DNA from: Hemiscyllium ocellatum
Taxonomy: Eukaryota
NCBI RefSeq assembly: GCF_020745735.1
Contig: NW_026867509.1
Span: forward strand, 1,736,001 to 1,800,000
Direction: 5' to 3'
DNA length: 64,000 nucleotides
The notes beneath the pieces are model-generated. The model saw only the letters and a program-made list of their open reading frames with translations. It made no database searches and had not been told where the DNA came from. The translations under genes and the position numbers were made by a program. Positions 1 to 12,268 of the stretch are shown here, piece by piece; position 1 is the stretch's first letter; each line of letters begins with the position of its first letter.

Positions 1-864
1 CGACAGTGTGGACTCTCTGGGTGCACCACGTATTACTTGGTGGGGATAGCAGTGAGTGATTTTCTTGTGATCATCACTGGGTGCATCCTGAATCGGATCG
101 GTGGCATTTATTTCCGACACAGCACACTGTCCACGACCACTGCCTGCGCAGTCAGCACCGTGATGATCTATACCAGCCGAGATGGCTCAGTCTGGCTGAC
201 CGTGGCATTCACCATCGACCGTTTCGTGGCCATATGCTGCCAGAATATGAAGACCAGGTACTGCACTGAGAAAACTGCATCACTGTTCATTGGAGTAGTT
301 TGTGTCCTGAGCTGTATCAAAAATCTGCCTTCCTACTTCGTCTACCAGCCCTTGTACATTGTGGACGGGAGGTCCTGGTTCTGTGACTTCAGAGACACGT
401 ACTATAACTCACCTGCATGAAAATCCTATGACTGGCTGAATCACATCTTGACGCCTATTCTCCCGTTCCTTCTTATTCTACTGCTCAATGCCATGACTGT
501 CAGGTACATCTTGGTAGCCAGCAGTGCCCGAAGGAGGCTTCGGGGGTTGGCGAGCCACGGAGACTCAGAAATGGCCAACCGCAAGAGATCCATCATACTG
601 CTCTTCACTATCTCGCTCAGTTTCCTCCTTCTATGGGTCACCTATGTCGGGCGCTTCCTCTATGTGCGGGTTACAGGTGAGGCATATTTCAGCGGCTTAG
701 ATTTCACTGACCCACAGTTTATTCTCCAAGAAACGACGAACATGCTGCAAATATTAAGTTCCTGCAACAACGTCTTCATTTATGCAATATCCCAGAACAA
801 ATTCCGAGATGAACTGAAGAAAGTGATGTTGTCCCCCTTCACATCTCTCGCTGTGTGCAAATAA
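1..864 (+). pseudogene. GPR139-like class A GPCR copy A, exon 2 (5' part outside window), one in-frame nonsense codon
   Basis: Frame 1 reads RQCGLSGCTTYYLVGIAVSDFLVII..DGSVWLTVAFTIDRFVAIC..WFC..TPILPFLLILLLNA..NRKRSIILLF..SSCNNVFIY..VCK*. ORFs 37-420 and 448-864 are in the same frame and separated only by TGA at 418-420; copy E has TGG (Trp) at this position. Confidence 0.88.
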
Positions 865-2958
865 TGTTTTGACGTTTTCCATCGATCAGAGTGACTCAGT
901 GCATAAAATATTCTCTCCGACTAAAAAACTAAATAATGTTTGTGCGTTTCGTGCTTCACTACCTGAGATATGACCAGTTCATTTTCCAGCCTTTACATCG
1001 CCTGTTATTAAGACAAATGGAAAATAAATACCAGCCGAAGAAGTGTTTTTATGGATGTGAGACAAAACTGTCTTCTATGCATCTGATGACTGCCTTATAC
1101 TTCTCGTGGTCTCGGCTAAGTCATTTGATATTCATCTATTTTGCTGCTTCCCTCCTTCCCTCTCAGTCGCCATTCTATCCTTCCTTCCTCCTTCGCCATC
1201 ATTCGTGCTCAGGACTATTGCATCTATTTATTTGAATCGCTCACGTTGCCTTTTACTTTGACGTAGACCCGATGAACAGCTCATTACATCCTAAAAAATG
1301 TTCTCGACAGTTTTCATGTTCTCACTGCATCATACAATCCATGCCTCTCCTACTAAATCTCAGATTTACTTTTGGCAGCACCAGAGATCTAGGCTCCTCC
1401 ACCCCGTCCCAGCCTCTACACACCAAACCTTGACATGCAGACATATATTCTGGACCTAAAGTCAAATGTAACTCTCGTTCCTTTAACCACAAGAAAATCA
1501 AGGTTATTTTCTTGATTTCCCAACATTGCGTTTTGATCAATGTTCTAAAAAGCAAACAGAAACGATGCTTTGCTTGTACTACAGACAATTAATACATCTG
1601 CCAGGTCCTGATTGTTATTCCTCTCCTTTCCCTGTGTGAATATTGTTAAGGGTCAAAGGACACAATCTGGTGGTGGTTTCGGAAAAATTACGCGTCCATT
1701 TTCAATCAGAGAAATTTAATGTTTCTGCTATTTATTCTGCAATGAAATCGATATTATCATGAGGACAAACAATTGCTCCTCAATTTCAACTATTGAGGAC
1801 ATCTACATTGTTATTTATCTGTTTTTACTCACACTAATAACTTAATTTTTTTTTAAAAATGTGTGTCATACATTCTTAGGAAGTGAACGTATCCACTAAA
1901 GTTTCTTGCATATTATTCATGCTGTAATAGGGCTAGGATTTATAGAAGTTTCAACATTCATGCAAATTGAAAATGTAATGCAACAGGTGAATTGAACACC
2001 TTCCTTTAATTTACCATGTTCTTATCGTTGAGAGCACGGGTAAGTGGAGCTGAGTCCATAAAACAAATCAGCAATTAGCTTATTATAAGGTGGAGCAGGC
2101 TTAAAGCGTCGAAGCCCCTATTCCTGCTCCTAATTCGAGTGTTCCTATCACAGTCAACTGGAACACGCAGTTTTCTGATGAAGAGTCACCGGGCTCAAAA
2201 TTCTAACTCTGCTTTCTTCCAACAGCTGCTGCTAAATCTCCTGAGTTTCGCCAGCAACTTGAGTTTAGTTTCAGATCTTCAGCATGCACAGCACGTTATT
2301 TTATTGTTATGGTACAGACAATAATATGAAATATCAATTAACGATTGTCCTGATATAATGTTTGAAAGTTCTGTACAGGAAGTGGACTTTGACAAAACAC
2401 TTTTTTGTTTGCATATCTCGATGAGTTGGCAATTTGCACGACTTTAATCTTTCCTGTGGTGTATCTGTATGCTGCACAGTACAGTTATTTCAACGGCTAA
2501 CACCGACAGGTTTGCGTTATTCTGGACCTGCGAATCGACAGCATATCATTTCGGAGCTGTTATCATGAAGGCGCAATGGCAGTACGCAACAACCCACAAT
2601 GTGTTTAACGTTGTAGAGGTTGTTCCAGTGTCTCATTACTAGAATCTTGTGACAGGTCATTGTATCTCAAACAGGATACTGCAGTTCCCTGTTTTGCCTG
2701 AAGATTTTGCTGGATCAAAACGAGTCCCTGAATTTTCTATCGCACTTCATTCCTATAACAATAAAACATTTTGGAACACCATGAAGGATGTAAAATAAAT
2801 TAGTTGTTTTCGTTCTCGAAATTGACGGCATTCCGTTCAATAATAGATTTATACCAATTAAAGTGTTGTGTCCGAATGATAAGTATCAGCTATCACCTTG
2901 AACTCGGGAACCACATTAGATCCACTCCTGATCTCACTGTTTGCCTAGACCCTCCGAG

Positions 2959-2997
2959 AGTTTTTGTACACGGTCAGCCCAGTTCTGAGTCTCTGTG
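2959..2997 (-). other. Recombination signal sequence, 23-bp spacer (V1a)
   Basis: Minus strand: CACAGAG + ACTCAGAACTGGGCTGACCGTGT (23 nt) + ACAAAAACT, directly after the V coding end. Confidence 0.93.
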
Positions 2998-3803
2998 GGA
3001 CTCAGTGCGCAGTAATACACTGCAGTGTCTGTGAGTACTGTTTTCAAAACCTTCAGCTGCATAGTGCGGTTCACTTGGTCAAAGTCCCAGGAGAGCTTGT
3101 CTGATAGAAAACTCGTTTTCTGGCTATATTTGTTTATCTGCAGCAGAAAATTCATGGATCCGTTGGAAGGTTGACGGTACCAGAACAGAGCAGGATTGCT
3201 GTTTATTGTAGAGTACTTACAGAACAACAGGGCATCATCACCCTCGTTTACTGTGATTACAGTCGGAGTTTGTGAGACAGAATCGCCATGACAAAGTCCT
3301 GTAAGAGCCAAGAATAGTAGAAATTTAATGAGGCACTTCAACATTCTTATCTCATATACTCAGCCAGTTTACCTTCATCAACAACCCGAGAAAAAAAAAT
3401 CAGGGAATTTGGACTGGGATCAATTTCATATGAGGAGATCATTCCCCATTTCATCTCCCACAACGTGTAAGGAAAATTGAAATATATTGGTGAATAAAAA
3501 ACACTCCATTCTGTCGAATCATCTCAATGGCCTCAGTCCTGCCTGAATTTGCCGTCTAACTATTCCACTGCCATTCACTAACGTAAATTTGCTAATTTCT
3601 CCCGAAATCTGCTCATTGTTGGGGAAAGCTTAGATCTGAATAGTTTTATTTAGGAGAATGTATTCTTACTTCTGCATCACTCAAATTGATCGAGTAAACG
3701 TAAGTCCCAGCAAAGAGCTGACATACATAAGTAGACAAGCTTTCAACGTACCAGTGAGAAGACCTATAGTTGAGAGGAGTAAACAAAGAGCTCCAGGTAA
3801 CAT
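2998..3803 (-). CDS. TRAV: TCR alpha/delta-type V gene segment, family 1 copy a, apparently functional (leader exon 3803-3752, intron 3751-3299, V exon 3298-2998)
   Basis: 52-nt leader exon ATG TTA CCT..ACT G followed by GTACGT donor; acceptor TTGGCTCTTACAG. Spliced product MLPGALCLLLSTIGLLTGLCHG-DSVSQ..FC..WYRQ..DTAVYYCALSP has the Ig V-set Cys/Trp/Cys and ends at a 23-RSS. TRAV versus TRDV cannot be settled from this window. Confidence 0.92.
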
Positions 3804-4839
3804 GTTTGCAGAGAATTGCGGTGAATGTGAGCAGAACTGGCTGAAGCTAAAATGGGTTTCATCAAGAGTAGGGTAATTGAGGTTGAGTAATTTCCGGATC
3901 TCTCCTCGTTGGATCATTGTTGCTCAAGGCATCACATGATAGCCAATGAGCTACAGGCTCCCTTATTACTCAATTCCGCCAATCAGCTTCAAGCTCTTTT
4001 GAGCTCCACTTCATATTATAGTTGGTGTGAGAAAGGAACAAAGTTCTGAAAGATGTTTAGTAGAGCCGAAAAGTACACTCAGTTTTTTCTTCACAGTTGG
4101 TGCAAGACCTGCTGAGTCTCTCTAGTTATTTCTGTTTTTGTATTGGATTTCAAGCAACCACTGTTCTTTGTTATTTTTGTCAAGCCAACTGTTGTAATTA
4201 GAGCCATTGACCGTGAAGTCCTACATTGGGTTTTGAAACTTGGATCAGTCAGGGACCCCTGGGCCATGGGTATAAACAGCAGAATTTGAATCTCCTCACT
4301 TCAAGGACCGAATCCGAGCTGGATGACCACGGTCAGTGTACTCTCCATATTTAAATCAAGGGTTACTTGGCGACGGAATAGCAGCATCTGTGTAGTTATT
4401 TCAGGCGCAAAGTAAACTTGTTCACCTACAAGCAGGGTTTTGGACAGAAATTAAACAAAATATTGTCCCATAACGATTATTATTTCTGTAAGCAAATGCA
4501 GAAAATAAATTTGGTTCATGTTGTTTGAGTATCAGAAATGTTGTACCCCAGTTAACACAGCTCCTGTGGGACTTAAAAAGCCACTTCAGTTGATGCATAG
4601 GATGAATCGGCCTGGCTGATTCTGCTGCAATACTGAGGGAACGAAACAAACGAATTAACACACTTTCAATGCATGTAACTGGAGAATCGAATGTCGCTTC
4701 TAATGCATTTACTGGCATGATCCATTCTAACTGAATTTGTTTAATTTCACTTTGTGTCATCGAAAACATAGTTCCTGGGTATCAGAAACATTGCCGTGCA
4801 TCAAACACAGAGCTCACCGCCACGTTGCCTCAGGCTAAC

Positions 4840-5950
4840 ACATTTTATGAAGTAAAAAAAGACCGTCTGGTAAAGTCTCCCTCATTTGAATGGGAATGGT
4901 GAAAGGGCAGACGTACATGTCAACACAACTTCCAAATCCTCACTGAAGCGAATGCACGTTTGCCAGGTTTTCAAGTGATACAAAAATAAAAGGGCAGGTA
5001 ATTTGTGATGATGATCAAAGAGACTATAAAAGACCAAGCTACAGACTGTCTCAGTAGGTGTGACTATGGCGTACTCTGGTGAGGTCTCCAGGAAATTTAC
5101 CGGACCAGGAAATAAACAATTTATAAGTGGGGTAAAACCAAGTCATGAATTTTCATCAAACATTCTCTAGATGATGGCACACTGGTTTAAGGGTAACCAT
5201 TGCTGTCTGAAAGCACTAAAGACCCAAGTTCGATTTCAGCCTCAGGTAGCTGTAAGTATGGGGTTTCCACATTCTGTCTGAGCCTGACTAGGTTTCCTGT
5301 GGGTGTTCTGGTTTCTGGCCACAGTCAAACGTTGGGCAGGTTAGGTAAATTAGACATAGGAGATGCAGGGTAGTGTGGGTCTGGATATTATGTTCATCAG
5401 AGGCTCAATGGGCCGAATGGCATGCATCCACACAGCAGGATTCTATATTTAAATTGCGTAATGACTGACCTTTTTAATGTCTTTGTCTGTGGGATTTGGC
5501 GCCGCTAGCAGCCAGCATTTATTGCATATCACTAGTTGTCCTTATGACGGTGAGGGTGAGAGGAACCCCTGCAGCTCACTTGCTCTGGGTTGACTTACAA
5601 TGCGATTAAGAAGGGAATTCCAGGATTCTTCCCAATCGACAGTGAAAAAAAAATCAGTGCATATCCATGTCAGAATGGTGACTGCATTGGAAGGGAACTT
5701 GAAAGTGGTAGTGTTGTCACATATCTCCTGGCCATTGTCCTTATTGATGGAAGTGGTCGTAGGGTTGGAACGTTGTGTCTGAGGATCTTTGCTAAACGTC
5801 TGCATTCCATCGGTGGTTGAGGGAGTGGGTGGATGTGGAAGTAGTAGCAATCAAGTGGCTGCTTTGTCCTGAATGGTGACAAACATCTTGGGTGTTGTTT
5901 AGAATGTACTCAACTGGGCAAGTAGAGAGTATTCCCGTCACACCCTTGAC
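4840..5950. repeat. Shared upstream block (conserved segment + decayed V-SINE + CR1 3' fragment), repeated at about 7570-8690 and 61600-62700
   Basis: All three copies contain AAGTCTC(C/G)CTCATTTGAATG, then a degenerate SINE and a reverse CR1 fragment in the same order. Boundaries are approximate. Confidence 0.65.
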
Positions 5951-6494
5951 TTCTGCAATGTAGATAGTGGCAGGCTTTGGGGAGTCAGGAAATATGTTAA
6001 TAATCACAGAACTTTTTGTCTCTGACCTGCTCTTGTAAACATTGTGCTAATTTGTTGGATCCAGTTCAGGCTTTGGTCATTAAAGCCTCCACTATTTTGA
6101 CAGTGGGGAATTCAGTGATGCTAACAACATATTTCCTTCAAGTTTACTACAATTCTGATTTAACCTGATCTTTATTCTCTGTGCATCAAGCTCATTACTT
6201 TTCACATTCTTCAAATTCGTCTTCAACAGTTTCTCACCATTCTGCCCTCTGAGAGCATTACGACTTTATCTCTACCGTCCCTTTTCTCTATTAATGTTTC
6301 TGACTTGCAAATATATCCTTACTTCACCTCCATCCCCATATCCGATTGCTATCACTTCTGACAATCTTTAAATTTTGCTGTTCCATACTTTCCCCTGCAG
6401 TTTACTCCCATTTCCATTGTCTCTCATTTTGGAGTACAGAAGTAGTAACACTGATTCTTCAAGTTCAGCATAACAGGACTCCCCACTCTATACG

Positions 6495-6533
6495 AGTTTT
6501 AGTGAAACCTCGCCCTCTCTTTGTGACACTGTG
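6495..6533 (-). other. RSS, 23-bp spacer (V2a)
   Basis: CACAGTG + TCACAAAGAGAGGGCGAGGTTTC (23 nt) + ACTAAAACT. Confidence 0.92.
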
Positions 6534-6870
6534 CCCTCATTGCACAGAGGTAGATGGCGGAGTCATTAAGTCTGGCGTCTTTCATTGTCAGGATACTGGT
6601 CTTGTAGTCTCCATTGATTGAAGCCGTAATTCTCTCGGATGAAGTATCTTCCCTTTTGGCCATCACCAAATGCTGGGGTGGTTGATTCGGGAGCTGTCTG
6701 TACCAATGCACTGTTTTAAATGAAGTGGCAAAGGAGCAATTCATGGACACAATTCCCACTTCAGTAACAACCATCCACAGAGGATGTTTCTTCACTTCGC
6801 CTTCTCCAATTCCCTCCTTGGAGATCACTTTGGAAAACAGCAGGAGGAGACTGCAAATTCGAATCATCAT
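6534..6870 (-). CDS. TRAV: TCR alpha/delta-type V gene segment, family 2 copy a; leader and V in one exon
   Basis: Open frame MMIRICSLLLLFSKVISKEGIG-EGEVKK..SMNCSF..HWYRQLP..DSAIYLCAMR ending at a 23-RSS; 337 nt from ATG to heptamer. Confidence 0.88.
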
Positions 6871-6917
6871 CAAATTGCAAGAACAGTGGTGAAAACAATT
6901 GTCCACGACGCTTTGTT

Positions 6918-6949
6918 GAGGAAACAGCAATTAATTCTAACATTTATAT
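6918..6949 (-). promoter_or_regulatory. Putative V2a core promoter: TATA box (TATAAAT) and Ets-like GAGGAA
   Basis: TATAAAT on the minus strand at 6949-6943 and GAGGAA near 6918; both are kept at equivalent positions upstream of V2b (about 63640-63670). Confidence 0.5.
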
Positions 6950-7134
6950 GAGTAAGTAACGAGAAAAAACTTTCGTCTCCTGTTAAACTCTGAACGCCTC
7001 CCTGTTTGAGTTGTAGAAGAAGCTGAATCTCAGTGAATGTTACTGTAACAATCCTCTCATACTGACATCGCTCACACTGTCTGAAAGTTCATTCCTCCTC
7101 CAGACCTCTTTCACGATATTTATCATGGATTCGC

Positions 7135-7152
7135 ACTGACATCTAGTGGTGT
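7135..7152 (-). promoter_or_regulatory. Putative CTCF site upstream of V2a
   Basis: Minus strand CCACTAGATGTCAG versus the CTCF core CCASYAGRKGGCRS (one mismatch); identical at 63854-63866 upstream of V2b. Confidence 0.5.
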
Positions 7153-9179
7153 TTATAAGTAATTGCATTGTTCAAATTCCCTCTCAAATTGCGTGTCACC
7201 AATATGCTAAAGAAATTATGCATCTTCATCCCCCGTATAACACTGCGAACATGTGAGGCTCTGCATTTCAAATTCATGTGCAGCATCCACCGATTTCAGA
7301 CTATGTTTGCCCTGCACTGTGAGTAAATCTCTATTCCACAAGGAAAATTGGCAATGAATGAAGCAGCAAAATCGAAAATTGCTGTTCCTTGTAAGATTTA
7401 TTGTAAGATCCATCATAAGCGGAATTGGTTAGCTTTACTGTGTCACATTGTATACATAACCGTTGTATCTATATCAGATGCCTTGCAGTATGTCAAATTT
7501 ACGGCTAACGCCACATTGTCACACACTTTTTGAGGTAGATGTAAGCATTCCCAGCCACGCACACACAAGTTAAGCAAATGTGTTAAAGAGAAAGAATACA
7601 CACTGTGGTAAAGTCTCGCTCATTTGAATGGGAATGGTGAAAGAGCAGAGATTCATGTCAATGCACCAGCCAAATCCTGATTGAAGGGAATGTACCACTG
7701 TCACGTTTACAGATGAGAGAAAAATAAATGGGAAGGGAAATGGTGATGATGATTCAAACAACCTTAAAGAAGACGACGTTACAAACTATTTCAGTGAGTG
7801 TGACTATACAGTACCTTGGCGAGATCGCGAGGATGTTTGCATTGCCAGGAAATGAGCAATTTCTGAGTGGTGCATTACCGAATCATGAATTCTCAGGAAG
7901 CATTCTTCTGATGATGGCACGGTGGCTCAGTGTTTAGCACTGCTGTCTCCCTGCAGCAATCAGCTGGGTTCCTTTTCAGTCTCAGGCACGAGCCTGCGTG
8001 AAGTTTGCACATTTTCCCTCTCTCAGCATGAGTATCCTATAGGTGCTGTTGAATCCTTCCACAGTTCAAAACTGGATAAAGCAGGTAAGTTAGCAATTGG
8101 AGGTGCCGGGTTAGAATGTATCTGGGCGTGATGCACTTCAGAGATTCGATAAGCCGAATGCCATGCTGCCATGCTGGAGGGACATCATGCTTAGATGTGA
8201 AACTCTTTTCTTTATTATTGATTTTGTCAGACGTGGGCATCATTGACTGACCACCCTTTATTTACAATTCCTAGTTGCCCTTGGGAAGGTGGTGGTGAGC
8301 TGTCTTCTTGAACCGCTGCAGTTCATCTGCTGTGGATTGACCCACAATACCACAGAGGGAATTTCAGGACACTGACCCAGATACAGCGACAAAGAAGGAA
8401 TGGAGATCTATTTCAGGATGGTGAGTGGCTTGGACAGGAACTTGATGGTGGTCGTCTTCTCATTCATCAGCTGACACTTTTCCTTCCAGATGGATTTGGT
8501 CATGCGTTTCGAAGGTGCTGTGTGAGGGTCTTAGCTAAACTTTGGCAGTGCATCTTTTAGGTAATACACACGGAGAGTCGATGATGGAAGCAATGGGTAC
8601 TTGTGAATGCTGTGCCAATCAAGCTGGTTGATTTCTCCTGGATGGTGTTGAGAATCTTAAGAATTGTTGGGGCTGCACTCATCCAGACACGTAAGGAGCA
8701 TTCAACCTGACTTGTGCATTGTAGATGGTGGACCAGCTTTGTGGAGACAGCAAGTAAGTTACTAGGAGTGAAAACATCTTTTCCATGTTCGCTCTATTCA
8801 GGTTTCCAAGTATTCTATAAGTTTCAACCAGGTTCCCCATCATCCTTCTAAACTTATTCGAGTAGAGACCCAGAGGCTTCAATCAACTCTCATATAATAA
8901 GTGCTTCTTCCTGGGATCATTCTTGCAAGCCTCCTCTGAACCCCCTCCAAGGCCAACACATCTTTGCTTAGAAATGAGGCCGAAAATTGTTCACAACATT
9001 CCAAAATGTTGTCTCACTAGAGCCATGTACAGCCTCAGGAATACACCCCTGCTCTTGCATTCTAGCCTTCTCAAAATGAGTGCTGATACTGCATTTGCCT
9101 TCCCAACTGCTAACTCATAAGGTCATACAGCACTGAAATGATCCAGTCCCACTCATTAACTTGCTAAGCTTAATATTTG

Positions 9180-9420
9180 TGCGTGTGTGTGTGTGTGTGT
9201 ACGTGAATGTGCAGCTCAGTGCATATTATATCTGTGTGCATGCAAGTGTGTCGTTATTTTTCTATCTGTTTGTGTGTCCATCTACGTGTTCTTGCGTGTG
9301 CATCTCTCGTTCTGTCTGTCAATTTGTTTGTTTCTCTCCCTTTGTGGATGTCTGTGTATGGTTGTGTTTCTATGTGTGTCTATCATTGTGCTTTTCTGTC
9401 TGTGCATTCATTTCTGCAAG
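9180..9420 (+). repeat. Degenerate (TG)n/(TC)n low-complexity tract
   Basis: Runs of gtgtgt and tctgtc; explains the overlapping C/V-rich spurious ORFs. Confidence 0.8.
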
Positions 9421-12268
9421 CAGTGGGAGAAATATGGGTAGAGGTTGAATTAACCAAAAGCGTCTTTCACTGTTGCTCTCTTCTCGTTGAAATAATACAA
9501 ATAACACAATGCCACCACCTACTGGCGAATCGATGGTACTACACAAGCGATGGATTTATGAGAAGGCATCTTTTTTCAGGCTCCTCTTGGGAATTTCCAG
9601 GGGAGCGGAGCTCAACTTAAAGGTCATAGCTGAAAAATAAGGAGCCGTAAATCAAAACAGAGATGAGACGAAGCGATTCTGAGGCAGTTAAATTCATGGC
9701 ACCATGGCTTGCTCTGCTGCAGAGTGAGGGAGAAAGAAGCATAGAAATGCTATAATTATCGCAGATTCAACTGTAAGGGAAACAGATAGATCTTTTTGTG
9801 GCCACAAACGAGAGTCCAGGATGGTTTGTTCACTCTCTGGTGCTGACGTCCTGGATGTCTCAGAGCAGTTGCAGGACATTCTGGAGGATTAGGGAAAACA
9901 GCCAGTGGTCATGGTAAACGATGGTACTAAAGACACAGGTGTAAAAAGGGATGAGATCCTAAAAATAGAATACAAAGAATGATGCATAAATTTGAAGTGT
10001 AGGACGTAAAGTTAATCACATCAGGATTACTGACATTGCCGTGAACTAGTCAGAGTAGAAACAGCAGAAAAATATGATGAACGTTTGGCTGAAAAGACGG
10101 TGTGAAAGAGAGGGTATCAGATTATTAGCCAGTTGGGATCGCTTCAGGGGTTGGTGGGATATTAAAAACTGAACTTGTTGCACCTGGGCAGGTCCAGGAT
10201 TGATGTCCTTGAGGGTCAACTTAGTTAGAAGAGTTGAGGAGGTTTTAAACTAGTGTGGCAGGGGAATGCGAACCAGAGTAAAGCAACAACTGGAGAAATT
10301 AAGGGAGTTTTACAAACCATGGCAAATATGATAACGAACAACAACAGGTGGGGTAATGCTGCTGTAAAGAGCAGGGAAGATATCAGAAATCTATATGTTC
10401 CAATGTGAGAAATATAATAGGCAAGATAAATGAACTTAGGGCATTTAGTTAGAACTTGGAATTGTGACATTATTGCAATTACAGAGAGCTGAATGAAAGC
10501 GAGACAGGACTGGGGCATCTGAATATCCCAGGAATTAAATGCTTCAGGTGTGAGAGAAGGGGAGGCAAAAGGAAAGGGGGGAATTGCATTACTGGTAAAG
10601 GAGGATCAGACAGCTATACTGAAGGACAATACATGAGAGAACTCGTTTAGCAAGACAATATAGATAGATCTTAGGAGTAAGAAAGCTGAAATCGCATGCT
10701 GGAGGCAACTGTATGGGTTCCAAAAGCCAGCGGGAGATAGAAGAGACAATATGTAGAATGATTTTGATAAGAAGTAAAATCTGCAAGGTTTTTGTGATGG
10801 TTGACTTTGACTTATTTATATTGACTGAGACTCGCATTGTGCTTGGGGCTTGTATGGGGAAGAATTTGTAAAGACCATTCAAGAAGTTTTTTTTTAACAC
10901 AGCATTAAAACAGTCCAGCCAGGCAAGAGATTAGTGTGGATCGGGTTTTGGAAATTGAGCCTGGCCAGGTGAGCATTGTGGGATGAATAATCATAATACC
11001 TTGAGTTTTAAGATACTCATGGACAGGGATAAAAGCAGCCCTCGAGTAAAGGTTTTCAATTTTGGAAAGGTGAACTACAGCAACACTAGGCAGGAAATAA
11101 AGAAATTTGACTGGAGGCAACTGTTTATCAGTAAATCCACATCAGATATATGGAATTATTTAAAATGGTACTTAATACAATTTCAGGAGTTGAACGTGAC
11201 TGCGAGAATGAAGGAGAGACATGGAAAGTTACATGAAACTTTCATGGTAAGGGATCATATGACCTTAGTCACAATGAAAAAGTAAGCATGCATAAGGTCT
11301 AACAGGATGGGAACTGATGGTGACTCGAATGTCACAAGGAAAGTAGAAAAGAACTTAAACAAGGAATTAGAAGACCTGAAAGGGCTCATGAAAAGTCGTT
11401 AGTAAACAGGATAAAGGAAAATTCCATGGCATTTGTAGAATTTTTTAAGAAGCCAGAGGGAAGCCATGGAAAAGGTTGGCCCACTCAAGGACAAAGGAGT
11501 AAATCTACATGTGGAGTAGAAAAGGAAGGTGAGGTCTGAAACTACCATTTTGTGCTGGTATTTACGAAAGAGAAGTAACTAGTAGAATTTACAATTCAAG
11601 TTACCATTAAAAAAGAAGACATGTTGTGTGCCTTAAAAGTATCATTAAGTTAGATAGGTCCTCAGGTTCTCATCAGATCTAAGCCAGAAACTTGAGGGAG
11701 GCAAATAAGCAAATTGTTGAAGCATTGACAGACATGTTTATATCATGTTGGCTATAGGTGAAGTCCCAGAGTAGTGCAGAACGGTTAATGTTGTCCCGTT
11801 GTTTAAGAAGGGTAGCAGGGATAATCCAGGAAATTACAGTCCTGTGAACCTCAGGTCAATGGCACGGACATTATTGGAAAACATTCTCAGGGAGAAGATC
11901 TGTACGTATTCAGAGGCAATTGGACTTATTAGTGATGCACAGCACGGTTTTGTGCCGGGACGATTTAGCCCCACTAACTTGTTTGAGTTATTTGAGGAGG
12001 AAATTAAGATGACTGATGAAAGAAATGTGTTGATGTTGTCGACAGGGACGTAAGTAAAATATTTCACTCACACGCTCATGACAGACTGGTGTCAAACATT
12101 GAAGTCACACGGCATCAGAATGAGCTGGAAGATGGACACAGAACTGGCTTAGTAATAGGAGACAGATGGTAGGAGTGGAAGGCTGTTTTTCCGAATGGAG
12201 GTTTGTGACTAGTGATGCTCCGCATTGATCAATGCAGGGACCTTTGCTGATCGTGGTCTACATATATA

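Noticed and set aside
2934-3344. Treating the 136-aa ORF as the true V1a gene model
   Set aside because: A canonical 52-nt leader exon with a GT donor exists upstream and is conserved in V1b, and the ORF tail reads through the RSS. The intronic ATG is kept only as a separate finding.
9161-9620. Cys/Val-rich overlapping ORFs
   Set aside because: Translation of a TG/TC microsatellite-like tract.
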